The position numbers and the translations under genes are program-made. A model generated the notes under the pieces. That model was not told the DNA's origin. It worked only from the letters and a program-made list of their open reading frames with translations, and ran no database searches. Source: Alteromonadaceae bacterium (GTDB taxonomy: Bacteria; Pseudomonadota; Gammaproteobacteria; Enterobacterales; Alteromonadaceae). Taken from it: a stretch of DNA of 64,000 bases. Location: positions 5,214 through 69,213 of the forward strand of contig WGGB01000001.1 of the NCBI GenBank assembly GCA_015491935.1, given 5' to 3'. Below are positions 39,822-49,396 of this stretch, one piece after another; the first letter of the stretch is position 1, and every line of letters begins with the position of its first letter.

Positions 39822-40406
39822 ATGCTACAGACTCTACCTAATCAAATAACCTTATTTCGGATCATCTTGATCCCTATTTTTTTACTTATTTTTTATTTAC
39901 CGCTTTCTTGGAGCCATTTTGGTGCTTTTGCTGTTTTTTGGCTAGCTTCCGTTAGTGACGCCCTTGATGGTTATTTAGCACGTAAGCTCAACCAGTCGAC
40001 TCCTTTTGGCGCTTTTATTGATCCTGTTGCGGATAAACTCATGGTGGTTTGCGGTTTAGTTGTTATTGCGCAAGATTACCAACAATGGTGGATCACTATT
40101 CCTGCCTTATTAATGATCGCTCGCGAAATTATTATTAGTGCATTGCGAGAATTTATGTCATCACGGGGAAAAAGAGACGAAGTTGCGGTGTCTGAAATGG
40201 GTAAATATAAAACAGCAGCACAAATGCTGGGTATTATGGGATTAATTTGGCAGCCAGATTATGACATTCCACTCATTATTTTTAATTTTCCACATCAAAT
40301 TTTAATGTTTGCTGCTTATAGTTTTTATGCCATTGCGACAATTTTAACCGTTTGGTCTATGATTGAATACATAAGAGCGGCATGGTCTGAATTATTAAGT
40401 CATTAA
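39822..40406 (+). CDS. pgsA: CDP-diacylglycerol--glycerol-3-phosphate 3-phosphatidyltransferase
   Basis: 194 aa. CDP-alcohol phosphatidyltransferase motif DALDGYLARK....FGAFIDPVADK. Synteny uvrC-pgsA-tRNA. Confidence 0.93.
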   Translation: MLQTLPNQITLFRIILIPIFLLIFYLPLSWSHFGAFAVFWLASVSDALDGYLARKLNQSTPFGAFIDPVADKLMVVCGLVVIAQDYQQWWITIPALLMIAREIIISALREFMSSRGKRDEVAVSEMGKYKTAAQMLGIMGLIWQPDYDIPLIIFNFPHQILMFAAYSFYAIATILTVWSMIEYIRAAWSELLSH

Positions 40407-40504
40407 ATATTGAATAAATTATAAACTAACCGATAGAAAGTTAGTTAAAAAAACACCACATTAGCTGCTTTTTGAGCAAACAAAATAAAATTTAAATTAA
40501 AGTG

Positions 40505-40532
40505 TTGACTCCAAACTTAGACGATGTAGAAT
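40505..40532 (+). promoter_or_regulatory. Sigma70-type promoter of the tRNA array
   Basis: ttgact (40505-40510), 16-nt spacer, tagaat (40527-40532), followed by the GC-rich discriminator gcgtcccc typical of stringently controlled stable-RNA promoters. About 30 nt upstream of tRNA-Gly. Confidence 0.6.
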
Positions 40533-40565
40533 GCGTCCCCGTTGAGACAGGAAGTCTTAACTGAA

Positions 40566-40641
40566 GCGGCTGTAGCTCAGCTGGTAGAGCATCACGTTGC
40601 CAACGTGAATGTCACGAGTTCGAGTCTCGTTAGCCGCTCCA
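40566..40641 (+). tRNA. tRNA-Gly (GCC)
   Basis: 76 nt. Acceptor gcggctg/tagccgc, D arm gctc-agctggta-gagc, anticodon arm tcacg-ttGCCaa-cgtga, T arm acgag-ttcgagt-ctcgt, encoded CCA. Confidence 0.95.
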
Positions 40642-40702
40642 ATTTAACTTTTTATTTTAAGTTGAAAATTCTAAGGAACACCTAGCTCGACGTTGATAAA
40701 AT

Positions 40703-40776
40703 GGCGGGTTGGCAGACTGGTTATGCAGCGGATTGCAAATCCGTGGACCTCGGTTCGACTCCGGGACCCGCCTCCA
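40703..40776 (+). tRNA. tRNA-Cys (GCA)
   Basis: 74 nt. ggcgggt...acccgcc acceptor, anticodon loop ttGCAaa, T loop ttcgact, encoded CCA. Confidence 0.93.
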
Positions 40777-40782
40777 TGTTAT

Positions 40783-40868
40783 GCCCGGGTGGTGGAATTG
40801 GTAGACACAAGGGATTTAAAATCCCTCGCTGAATAAGCGTGCCGGTTCAAGTCCGGCTCCGGGTACCA
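40783..40868 (+). tRNA. tRNA-Leu (TAA)
   Basis: 86 nt class II tRNA with a long variable arm. gcccggg...ccgggta acceptor, anticodon loop ttTAAaa, T loop ttcaagt, encoded CCA. Confidence 0.93.
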
Positions 40869-41003
40869 TTTCATCAACGGTAAGTTGGGTTGTTTTTATA
40901 GTTGTTTTTATAAATTAACTATATTAGAATACGCAGGCTTTTGAAATTGAAGTATAAAAGTCGTTATAAGGATATAACAAAGTAAATTAAAGCTCTAAAT
41001 GAA

Positions 41004-41079
41004 GCGGCTGTAGCTCAGCTGGTAGAGCATCACGTTGCCAACGTGAATGTCACGAGTTCGAGTCTCGTTAGCCGCTCCA
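41004..41079 (+). tRNA. tRNA-Gly (GCC), second copy
   Basis: Sequence identical to 40566-40641. Confidence 0.95.
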
Positions 41080-41110
41080 ATTTAAGTAGGAAAAGTTAAG
41101 TTATTTATTA

Positions 41111-41180
41111 GGTAAGTAGCATCACGTTCAACGTGAATGTCATACGATTTACCAACAAGAATAAGTCTCGTTAGCTGCCC
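41111..41180 (+). pseudogene. Decayed tRNA-Gly fragment (D-arm to 3' end) with disrupted T arm
   Basis: ggtaagtagcatcacgttcaacgtgaatgtcatacgatttaccaacaagaataagtctcgttagctgccc aligns to the tRNA-Gly from the D loop onward. It has a 2-nt loss in the anticodon loop, a ~20-nt replacement of the T stem-loop, and no pairing 5' acceptor strand. Confidence 0.7.
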
Positions 41181-41258
41181 CCATTTTAGAATATAAGTAA
41201 CTGCCGTAGGTGTTAGGTATGTTAATTGGCTTTTTAATTTACTATTGCTCTATATGAA

Positions 41259-41334
41259 GCGGCTGTAGCTCAGCTGGTAGAGCATCACGTTGCCAACGTG
41301 AATGTCACGAGTTCGAGTCTCGTTAGCCGCTCCA
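41259..41334 (+). tRNA. tRNA-Gly (GCC), third copy
   Basis: Sequence identical to 40566-40641. Confidence 0.95.
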
Positions 41335-41365
41335 ATTAAAGCAGGAAAAGTTAAGTGATTTATTA

Positions 41366-41439
41366 GGTAAGTAGCATCACGTTACCAACGTGAATGTCAC
41401 ACGATTTACCAACAAGAATAAGTCTCATTAGTCGCTCCA
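41366..41439 (+). pseudogene. Second decayed tRNA-Gly fragment
   Basis: ggtaagtagcatcacgttaccaacgtgaatgtcacacgatttaccaacaagaataagtctcattagtcgctcca. It has the same T-arm replacement as 41111-41180 and its anticodon loop reads ACC. Confidence 0.7.
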
Positions 41440-41514
41440 AATTTTCTCTTTAATAAGAGAAGTAGGTTACCAATATCCTACTATAAAAAAAATTACCCCA
41501 ATCTTTATGATTAT

Positions 41515-41600
41515 GCCCGGGTGGTGGAATTGGTAGACACAAGGGATTTAAAATCCCTCGCTGAATAAGCGTGCCGGTTCAAGTCCGGCTCCGGGTACCA
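41515..41600 (+). tRNA. tRNA-Leu (TAA), second copy
   Basis: Sequence identical to 40783-40868. Confidence 0.93.
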
Positions 41601-41677
41601 TTTTAGACAAATTTAATTCTTCATCTAGTCTGATCCAATAATTTAATTCTTAAATGTATTATATAACTTTAGTTTAT

Positions 41678-42139
41678 TTAATGACTTAAATAGCCTTTAA
41701 TTTGATCCACTTTATTGACCAAACAAGCCATCCGTTGTTGCGCTCTTCCTGCTTCCATAAAAACGGCACCAATAGGGTAAAATCCTCTTGTTCTAAAATA
41801 GTCTACATAATTGAGCGGACTATTTATAAATATTTCTTTTAATTTTAGTTCTTGAGCAACTTTTAGTAAGCCATCTAATATTATTTTATCTATAGCTTGG
41901 TTGCGGTGAGACTGTAGCACGGCAATACGGCTGATTTCTCCACTGGGTAAAATACGCCCTGTAGCGATAGGTTCTTGGCTATAGTCATCACAGACAAGCA
42001 TATGAAATGCTTGTCTGTCGAGGTGATCAAATTCAATTTTTTTAGGAATTCGCCACTCACAAATAAATACCTTTTCACGAATATTACGCAATAAGGGGGC
42101 AGCTAAATCCCATTCAACACGACAAATACTTAATGACAT
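41678..42139 (-). CDS. GNAT family N-acetyltransferase
   Basis: 153 aa. Motif A-like region (RIAVLQSHRNQAIDKIILDGLLKVAQE) and the overall size. Confidence 0.7.
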   Translation of the reverse strand: MSLSICRVEWDLAAPLLRNIREKVFICEWRIPKKIEFDHLDRQAFHMLVCDDYSQEPIATGRILPSGEISRIAVLQSHRNQAIDKIILDGLLKVAQELKLKEIFINSPLNYVDYFRTRGFYPIGAVFMEAGRAQQRMACLVNKVDQIKGYLSH

Positions 42140-42537
42140 TTTTCAACTCGCACAAAATAATATAAAGACCTTTATTTGACTCTAGTTAATGAGTGGTTGT
42201 TTTTCAACCAGTAGATGAGTTTTTTTTATTATCATTTGTCAAAAATAAAATTTTTTGTGTTTTTTATATTTATTGAAAAATAAAATAAATAATTAGCCTT
42301 TAGCATTCTATTTTTTCTCTATTTGTTTGTTCTATACTCATCTCTACTATTGATCTATGTAAAAGTAATCCCCATTTAATTAAAAACTCAGGGCTATGTT
42401 TGATTGTTTTTTTCTGCATCTTTGAAGTGGGATGAGTCTATAAAATAATTTATTTAATTAATGAAACGGGTATAACAAAACTGGTGATTTATAATGAATA
42501 GGTTAAAATACCTTATTTGAAAAAATGTAGGAATAAT

Positions 42538-42864
42538 ATGGCTATAATCGACTGTCCTAGTTGCAATAAAAGAGTATCAGATAAGGCTAAAGAGTGTTCG
42601 CATTGTCAGCAAAATTTAACTGATTTAGATACTGATAAAATTAAACAATGGCAAAAAATTTCACGTATTAAACAATCGCAAAAATTGATGAATTTTTCCT
42701 TTGTTGCGATGTTATTATTTTGCGGCGGTTTTTTAATGCTGTATTGGCGAGATGCATTGCCTAATAGTCTTGAATATACCCTTTCAGTTAGTGCAACGGT
42801 GATTGGCTTTATTTTATATATAGTGACTCGCATTCGTATTTTATTTTTAAAAAGAAGTAAGTAG
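42538..42864 (+). CDS. Zinc-ribbon membrane protein (hypothetical)
   Basis: ATG 42538 is preceded by aggaat. CPSC...CSHC zinc ribbon, then two TM helices. The track start at TTG 42517 is less likely. Confidence 0.55.
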   Translation: MAIIDCPSCNKRVSDKAKECSHCQQNLTDLDTDKIKQWQKISRIKQSQKLMNFSFVAMLLFCGGFLMLYWRDALPNSLEYTLSVSATVIGFILYIVTRIRILFLKRSK

Positions 42865-42865
42865 C

Positions 42866-43171
42866 ATGGATATTATAAAATTAGTTGATAACTTATCACC
42901 TGAAATGTATTTACGTTTAAAATCAGCCGTTGAAACAGGGAAGTGGCCTGAAGGTACTGAGGTTGATCAACCGCAGCGCGAATCTGCTATGCATATTGTT
43001 ATGGCATATCAGTCAAGAGTATTGAAATCTGATGATATTATGACAGTAGGAGCAGACGGACATATAGTAAATAAGTCAAAACGTGAATTAAAAACCCAAT
43101 TTGCGACTAAGTCGAATGAGCAATTAGACTCACCATCTGAAAATGAAATAGCTAGGTTTTCTCAATTATGA
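42866..43171 (+). CDS. yeaC: YeaC/DUF1315 family protein
   Basis: 101 aa. MYLRLKSAVETGKWPEG... resembles E. coli YeaC as remembered. The start lies 2 nt after the upstream stop. Confidence 0.6.
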   Translation: MDIIKLVDNLSPEMYLRLKSAVETGKWPEGTEVDQPQRESAMHIVMAYQSRVLKSDDIMTVGADGHIVNKSKRELKTQFATKSNEQLDSPSENEIARFSQL

Positions 43172-46044
43172 TTTTTTCTCTTTTTAAAAGAAACGCATTT
43201 AAACCTAAATGGCAGCATAAAAACAGTAATGTGCGTATTGAAGCTATTGAACATGAGTTAAATAATGAACTAGCAGAAGATAAAGACGCTTTAATTACTT
43301 TATTAAATAATGATGAAGTTGAATTGGTTCGTCGGGCAGCCTTGCTTAAACTCAATAGTTTTTCTGATTATTTACAAGCTAGCCGCGATAATAGCCATAA
43401 AAAAATTAAAGAATTTGCACAAAAGCAAGTAATTAAAATACTTTTAGGTGAGCATAGTATTATTGCCACTGACGCAGAAAAAAAACAATTCTTATCTTCT
43501 AACCCTAAAAATAGCCTTTTAGAACAATGGCTTTTTGCTGAGCAGGATGTCGCCTTAATAAAAGCTATTTACGAGAAAATAGGAAAACCACAGTTATTAA
43601 CGCGTTTATTTATTCACAGCCAAAATAAAAAAATTCAAACTTATTTACTTGAACAAGTAAATGATATTGTTAGTTTAGAAAAGCTTAGTAAAAAAAATAT
43701 CAATGCTGAAATAAGTAAATCTATTAGTGATAAAATAACACGATTACAATTAGATGCTCAAAAACCTAAATTAATACATAAAAATATTCAGTTGTTATTA
43801 TCAAAACTTTTAGCGTTAAAAGAACAAAGTAATTATGAGACGGTAGTAACTAAACGTCAGCAATTGTCGGCACAATGGCAAGCGCAACAAGATGATTTAG
43901 CATTGCTTGATAGCGATGAACAAAAGCTTTTTATTGAAAAACATCAAAAAATTAACGAACAATTAGATAAAATATTTGCAGTAAAAGCAGAGCAGTATCA
44001 GCAAGATCAAATACGATTGAAATTATTACAGCAACAAGCAAATGATAAGCAATCATTTACAGCAGAGCTTGAAAATATAGATAAACAGTTAGTGAATGTA
44101 GTCTTTGCAGATGAAACCTTAGATGAAGTGAAATTTGAACAACAATTAACACAGTTACAAAACCAAATTGAACAATCATCATTAGGCGACATTGATAAAC
44201 GCCAATTAATTAATAAATTAACTCAGCAAAAACAAAGAGCTAGTCAATTACCTCAAATAGCTCAGTCTATTAGTGATGCGACTCAGCTTATCGCTAAAAT
44301 AGTACAGCTAGCATTACCAGAAAATATGGCTGATTTTAATGAACGTCAAACCATATATCAAGATTGGTTAAAGCAATGGCGTAAGGTTGAAAAGCAAAGT
44401 GACGGCTTATTGCCAGAGTCTATTTTGCAAGCATATCAAGAAATAAATCAACGTTGGCAACAAGGGTTAAAACCTTTTATTAATGAACAGCAAAAATTAT
44501 TTAATCAAGTGCGTAAAATGCATAGTGATTTAAAACGTTTATTAAATAGTGGTAAATATAATGCTTGTTTTGGCTTATTTAAAAAAGTAAATCGCCAATT
44601 TGCTTTATTATCACCTTCTCAACAGCAAAAATTGCAACGTGAACATACAGTGATAGAAGAAAAAATGGCGGAGTTAAGTGATTGGGAACATTACATTGCC
44701 ACGCCACGCAAGCAAGAATTATTGACCGCGATACAAACTTTAGCCGAACAGCCTTGTGATGATCTGAATGAACAGGCAAAAAAAGTTAAAGAATACAGAA
44801 AACAATGGAATTTATTAGGCCATGCTGACGAAGAAATTGATCATGATTTAAATGAAAATTTTAATACTTTTTGTGAAAAAGCCTTTGAACCATGTCGTAA
44901 GTTTTATGCTCACCAAGAAGAAATAAGAGAACAAAATAAACAGCAACGTTTACAATTAATTGCTGCCGCGCGTACATTAAGCGATGAATTTTTAGCGCAA
45001 CAAGATAATGTAGACTGGAAATTACTCGATAATCAATTAGCTAAGCTTAATAAGCAATGGAAAAATGTTGGTGAAGTGGAACGTAGTCAATATAAAAACT
45101 TAATGGACAATTTTAGTCAAGCTATAGCTCCTCTAAAGAGCGCTATTCATCAACAGCAATTGAACAATGCAACGAGTAAGAAGCAGTTAATAACACAAGC
45201 AGAGGCGTTATTAGCAGGGTTAACGCAACAAACGCTCGATTGTAAGCAAGCAATAGCCCAAACTAAACACTTACAAGAAAAGTGGCGAAGTATTGGTTAT
45301 TCAGGTGAACGTAATGAAAATAAATTATGGCAAAACTTTAGAAAAGTTAATGATCAAATATTTGCTTTACGCGATCAAGATAAAGCTTCACAACGTTCCT
45401 TAATACAAGAACAAGAAGAAATTTTCACCAAAAAACTAGCCGAGCTTGAAGAGCATTATAACACAATAAGTAGCGCCGCAAGTATAGAACAACTACAAGC
45501 CTTATTAGTTAGCGGAGAAGAATTATTACAGGAAATTAACGCTCAGCAACCCGTAATGAAAAAAAATATGGTTAGTACTGAAAAATTAATGAAAAAGCTT
45601 CATGTTAGTATTCAACAAAAGCAGAATGAACAGACTTCTCGTCAATGGCAGAGGTTATTTGAATTATTAAAGCTTATTATTAATCAACAGATGGTACTTG
45701 ATGATCTTGAAAATAATGATTTATTTCAATCATTATCAATGCGTTGGAAAAAACGATTTATTGAACTGATGAGCTTAAAAATAGTAGAAAATCGCGATGA
45801 TAAAACGCTTGAGTTAGAAATTTTGGCGGGTATTGATTCTCCTGTTGAATTAAAAGCACAGCGAATGAAAGTACAGGTAGCTTTGATGCAAAAGCAAATG
45901 TCGTCAGGTGAGCAGATGAATGTTGAAAAAGTGTTTGAACAATGGCTATTATCAGGAAAATTAATTGAAAACGATATTCGCTTGATTGAACGTGTTGAAG
46001 CTATTTTGGTGAAAGATCCTGCAGATCAAGATCAATTATCTTAG
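43168..46044 (+). CDS. DUF349 domain-containing coiled-coil protein
   Basis: 958 aa, Gln/Lys/Glu-rich, with recurring W-centred repeats (..LWQNFRKVNDQIF, ..YRKQWNLLGH, ..LNKQWKNVGEV, ..LQEKWRSIGY) typical of DUF349. ATGA overlap with yeaC. Confidence 0.7.
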   Translation: MIFSLFKRNAFKPKWQHKNSNVRIEAIEHELNNELAEDKDALITLLNNDEVELVRRAALLKLNSFSDYLQASRDNSHKKIKEFAQKQVIKILLGEHSIIATDAEKKQFLSSNPKNSLLEQWLFAEQDVALIKAIYEKIGKPQLLTRLFIHSQNKKIQTYLLEQVNDIVSLEKLSKKNINAEISKSISDKITRLQLDAQKPKLIHKNIQLLLSKLLALKEQSNYETVVTKRQQLSAQWQAQQDDLALLDSDEQKLFIEKHQKINEQLDKIFAVKAEQYQQDQIRLKLLQQQANDKQSFTAELENIDKQLVNVVFADETLDEVKFEQQLTQLQNQIEQSSLGDIDKRQLINKLTQQKQRASQLPQIAQSISDATQLIAKIVQLALPENMADFNERQTIYQDWLKQWRKVEKQSDGLLPESILQAYQEINQRWQQGLKPFINEQQKLFNQVRKMHSDLKRLLNSGKYNACFGLFKKVNRQFALLSPSQQQKLQREHTVIEEKMAELSDWEHYIATPRKQELLTAIQTLAEQPCDDLNEQAKKVKEYRKQWNLLGHADEEIDHDLNENFNTFCEKAFEPCRKFYAHQEEIREQNKQQRLQLIAAARTLSDEFLAQQDNVDWKLLDNQLAKLNKQWKNVGEVERSQYKNLMDNFSQAIAPLKSAIHQQQLNNATSKKQLITQAEALLAGLTQQTLDCKQAIAQTKHLQEKWRSIGYSGERNENKLWQNFRKVNDQIFALRDQDKASQRSLIQEQEEIFTKKLAELEEHYNTISSAASIEQLQALLVSGEELLQEINAQQPVMKKNMVSTEKLMKKLHVSIQQKQNEQTSRQWQRLFELLKLIINQQMVLDDLENNDLFQSLSMRWKKRFIELMSLKIVENRDDKTLELEILAGIDSPVELKAQRMKVQVALMQKQMSSGEQMNVEKVFEQWLLSGKLIENDIRLIERVEAILVKDPADQDQLS

Positions 46045-46058
46045 TGCTTTTTTTAGTT

Positions 46059-46089
46059 AAGACTTGTGGGTAAAGCATCCACAAGTCTT
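46059..46089. terminator. Bidirectional terminator between DUF349 gene and ansA
   Basis: aagacttgtgg (46059-46069) pairs perfectly with ccacaagtctt (46079-46089), with a 9-nt loop and a T-run upstream. Confidence 0.65.
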
Positions 46090-46096
46090 GATTCGA

Positions 46097-47107
46097 TTAC
46101 TCTGTTAATTCACCACGTAAATTTTGTAACATTAATTTTTTTGTTTGAACAAATGTTAAATTTTGACTAAGTAAATAATGTAATTTAGTTAATGTTGCCT
46201 CTAACGTCATATCTTGACCACTAATAACCCCCGCTTGACTTAACCAAGAGCCTGTAGCGTAACCTTCCATGTTAACTGTGCCTTTTATGCATTGGCTACA
46301 ATTTACAACCACAATATTATTTTCTTTGGCTTTTTCTAAGCTTGCTAGTAAGTCACTGTCTTGTGGCGCATTACCAACGCCATAGCTGCGCATGATCAGC
46401 GCTTTTACTGGTTGTTGAATAATATTATTGATGAGCTCACTACTAATACCAGGATAAAGGTGAGCAACACCAATAGGCTGAGGAGTAATATTTGATAACC
46501 TTAGAGGGGCAATATCACGATGACTTACTACTTTACCAACAATAGTTTTTATATTTATGCCAGCTTCAAGTAATGGTGGTAAATTAGGCGAGTCAAAGGC
46601 ATTAAAGCCGTCAGCATAGGCTTTAATGCAGCGGTTTCCCCGATATAATTTATTATTAAAATACAAACCGACCTCATCAATAGGGTAGTTAGCAGCAATA
46701 TAAAGTGAATTTAATAGGTTAACTTGCCCGTCAGAACGTAATTGTGTTAATGGTATTTGAGAGCCCGTGACAATGACTGGTTTCGCTAAGTTTTCAAACA
46801 TAAATGATAATGCGGAGCTTGTATATGCCATAGTATCTGTACCATGTAGCACAACAAAACCGTCATAATCATCATAGTGTGCCTTTATATCATCAGCAAT
46901 GCGTTGCCAGTCGCTTGGTGTCATATTTGATGAGTCAATTAATGGTTGATATTCATTAATAACAAAATTAGGCATTTCAGCGCGGTGAAAATCTGGCATT
47001 GCTTGTATTGATTTAGTTAAATGATCTTTGACAGGAATATAACCATCACTACTGGCTTTCATACCAATAGTTCCGCCTGTATAAGCAATATATATTTTCT
47101 TTTTCAC
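46097..47107 (-). CDS. ansA: Cytoplasmic L-asparaginase I
   Basis: 336 aa. IYIAYTGGTIGM (catalytic Thr), HGTDTMAYT. Confidence 0.92.
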   Translation of the reverse strand: MKKKIYIAYTGGTIGMKASSDGYIPVKDHLTKSIQAMPDFHRAEMPNFVINEYQPLIDSSNMTPSDWQRIADDIKAHYDDYDGFVVLHGTDTMAYTSSALSFMFENLAKPVIVTGSQIPLTQLRSDGQVNLLNSLYIAANYPIDEVGLYFNNKLYRGNRCIKAYADGFNAFDSPNLPPLLEAGINIKTIVGKVVSHRDIAPLRLSNITPQPIGVAHLYPGISSELINNIIQQPVKALIMRSYGVGNAPQDSDLLASLEKAKENNIVVVNCSQCIKGTVNMEGYATGSWLSQAGVISGQDMTLEATLTKLHYLLSQNLTFVQTKKLMLQNLRGELTE

Positions 47108-47152
47108 GCGTTTTACCTTGTTGTTATGGGAAGTGCTATAGCAAGTGCTATC

Positions 47153-47185
47153 ACAAAAAAAACCTCGTATTTGCGAGGTTTTTTA
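47153..47185 (-). terminator. Rho-independent terminator of sppA
   Basis: On the minus strand: aacctcgcaaatacgaggtt followed by a T-run (plus strand: A-run, aacctcg...cgaggtt, T-run). 65 nt after the sppA stop. Confidence 0.75.
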
Positions 47186-47249
47186 ATCATGATTGTAATC
47201 TAGAAGCATCCGCTAAATTTTAGCATTATTTTACTTATAGCCAAATAGG

Positions 47250-49169
47250 TTAATTTATTTCACAGCTTTCGCAACGAGAATACATACCTTGTGGATCATT
47301 AAAACTACTCAATTTGTTCAGTTGTGTTGACAACAAACGCATCAATTTTTCTGTCGTATTGGGATTCGTCGATGTTGTTGAGGTAAATGTTGATAAAGGC
47401 AATATACTTGCCGCATGACCAAAAATATTTTGTAATAATTTATCTTTTTCTGAGATCTCTTTTTCGATTAATAGTGGTTTATATTTTTTTAGTTTAGCTA
47501 ACTTAGCCGCAGCATTAATGGCATCACTTAAGTTACCTAATTCATCGACTAACCCGAGTTCTTTTGCCTTTGTTCCTGTCCATACACGACCTTGGGCTAC
47601 GGCATCCACTTCAGCTAAGGTCATATGACGGTTTTTGGCGACTAAGCTAATAAAATCATGATAACCTCGATTGATATTTAATTGGAATAATTTTGCCATA
47701 CCAGCACTCATAGGCCGCATTGGACTAAATCCAGCTAGTTCGGTAGTAGCAACACCATCACTGTATATACCCAGCTTAGCGAGTGAGTTTTCAAAAGTCA
47801 TCACCATACCAAAAATGCCAATAGAGCCTGTAATGGTTGTTGGTTCGGCATAAATTTCATTAGCTGCAACCGAAATCCAGTAGCCACCAGACGCAGCATA
47901 AGTTCCCATAGATGCTACAACAGGCTTACCAGACGCTTTTAAAAGTTCGATTTCTTGGCTAATTATTTCAGAGGCATAAGCACTACCACCAGGGCTATCG
48001 ACACGCAATACAACGGCTTTTACATTACTGTTTTTTCTTGCTTTTCTTAGTAAACGAGCCGTACTGTCACCACCAATGCTACCAGAGGGTTGTTCACCAT
48101 TTAAAATTTCACCTTTTGCTATAATTATTGCTACTTTGGGCGTTTTGTTTAAAGATTCAACCAAGTGAAGTTTTTTAGATTGCATTAAATAGTCATCAAA
48201 ATGAATTTGTGAATAACTGTCTTGGTTTTTATTTTTACCGACTATAGCAATCAGGTCTTGGCGTATTTTTTCTCTCGTTTTAAGCGCATCTACATAATGA
48301 TTTGTTAAGGTATATTCAGCAATATTACTGCCAGTAGACTCAAGTTTATGAATAAGGGCGGTTGTAGTTTCATCAAAGTTAGTTATATCAAAACCACGAT
48401 TTTTGGCTACGTCTTTTTTATAGGTTGTCCATAACTCATTTAACCATAGACTATTTGCCTCTTTGGCCGCATTTGACATGTTATTTCTAATAAATGGTTC
48501 AACTGCTGATTTATAAGTGCCGACTCTAAAAACATGAGAACTAATATTTAATTTAGCTAATGCAGACTTAAAATAAAGAGGGTAACTTGCATAGCCTTCT
48601 AATAGTAACCAACCTTGTGGGTTCATCCATATTTTGTCAGCATAACTCGCTAAATAATATTGATCTTGGCTAAATTGTTCACCAATGGCAATAATTTTTT
48701 TATTACTTTGTTTAAAGTTATTTAACGCTTGGCCAATGTCTCGTGATTTGGTTAAATCAACATGGTTTAAATTTTCCAAATTTAGTACTAATAGTTTAAT
48801 GCGCTTATCATCTTTCGCTTTATTGATAACCTTAATAATATCACTGAGTAATATTTCAGGGCGTTTTTCTTTTTTGCTAAAAGCTTCATTAATAAAAGCG
48901 TTAAAGGGATCTATTTGATGTTTTTGTTCAACTACATCACCATATAAATCAAGTACCAATGCAGTATTATTAGGTACGATAATATGATCTTTCTCATTGC
49001 TAATAGCGGCAATAAATAGTGCGATAAAAAAGAAAAAAATAATATTTAAGAGTAATTTTCTAGTGCCGTTAATAAATTGCCATAACACGCTAAAAATACG
49101 TTTTATAATATTAGGTTTAGCTTTGTTAACTATAATTGAGTCGGTTGTCTTGTGTTCTGATTGCTGCAT
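47250..49169 (-). CDS. sppA: Signal peptide peptidase SppA, 67K type
   Basis: 639 aa with an N-terminal TM and two tandem S49 domains (VVLRVDSPGGSAYASE; GTYAASGGYW). Confidence 0.92.
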   Translation of the reverse strand: MQQSEHKTTDSIIVNKAKPNIIKRIFSVLWQFINGTRKLLLNIIFFFFIALFIAAISNEKDHIIVPNNTALVLDLYGDVVEQKHQIDPFNAFINEAFSKKEKRPEILLSDIIKVINKAKDDKRIKLLVLNLENLNHVDLTKSRDIGQALNNFKQSNKKIIAIGEQFSQDQYYLASYADKIWMNPQGWLLLEGYASYPLYFKSALAKLNISSHVFRVGTYKSAVEPFIRNNMSNAAKEANSLWLNELWTTYKKDVAKNRGFDITNFDETTTALIHKLESTGSNIAEYTLTNHYVDALKTREKIRQDLIAIVGKNKNQDSYSQIHFDDYLMQSKKLHLVESLNKTPKVAIIIAKGEILNGEQPSGSIGGDSTARLLRKARKNSNVKAVVLRVDSPGGSAYASEIISQEIELLKASGKPVVASMGTYAASGGYWISVAANEIYAEPTTITGSIGIFGMVMTFENSLAKLGIYSDGVATTELAGFSPMRPMSAGMAKLFQLNINRGYHDFISLVAKNRHMTLAEVDAVAQGRVWTGTKAKELGLVDELGNLSDAINAAAKLAKLKKYKPLLIEKEISEKDKLLQNIFGHAASILPLSTFTSTTSTNPNTTEKLMRLLSTQLNKLSSFNDPQGMYSRCESCEIN

Positions 49170-49396
49170 GAAATACTTCGTTGTTAAGTTTGAGGTTATT
49201 ATTTAAAACTATTAGTTTAAAATTAATTTGTCTGCATACCTGAGGTAATTTGACTTTATATTCTTATGCTACTTAAATTTTGTGAAGTAAAGTAGTGTTG
49301 AATTAAAAAAAGTGTAACTATTTTTGAAATAGTTTTATATCAATTAAGTTCTTATAATTTAGTCATTATATTAATAATCAAAAGAATGAGTTATTT

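Larger units (their letters stand above)
41001..41440 (+). repeat. Tandem duplication: two ~185-bp units (tRNA-Gly + spacer + decayed tRNA-Gly) with a 255-bp period
   Basis: 41001-41185 and 41256-41440 align almost base for base (gaagcggctg...ggaaaagttaagt.atttattaggtaagtagcatcacgtt...). The sequences after each unit diverge. Confidence 0.85.

Noticed and set aside
40985-41510. Regularly spaced repeats considered as a possible CRISPR array.
   Set aside because: The period is 255 bp, there are only two units, and each unit contains an intact tRNA-Gly. This is a tandem gene duplication, not a CRISPR array.
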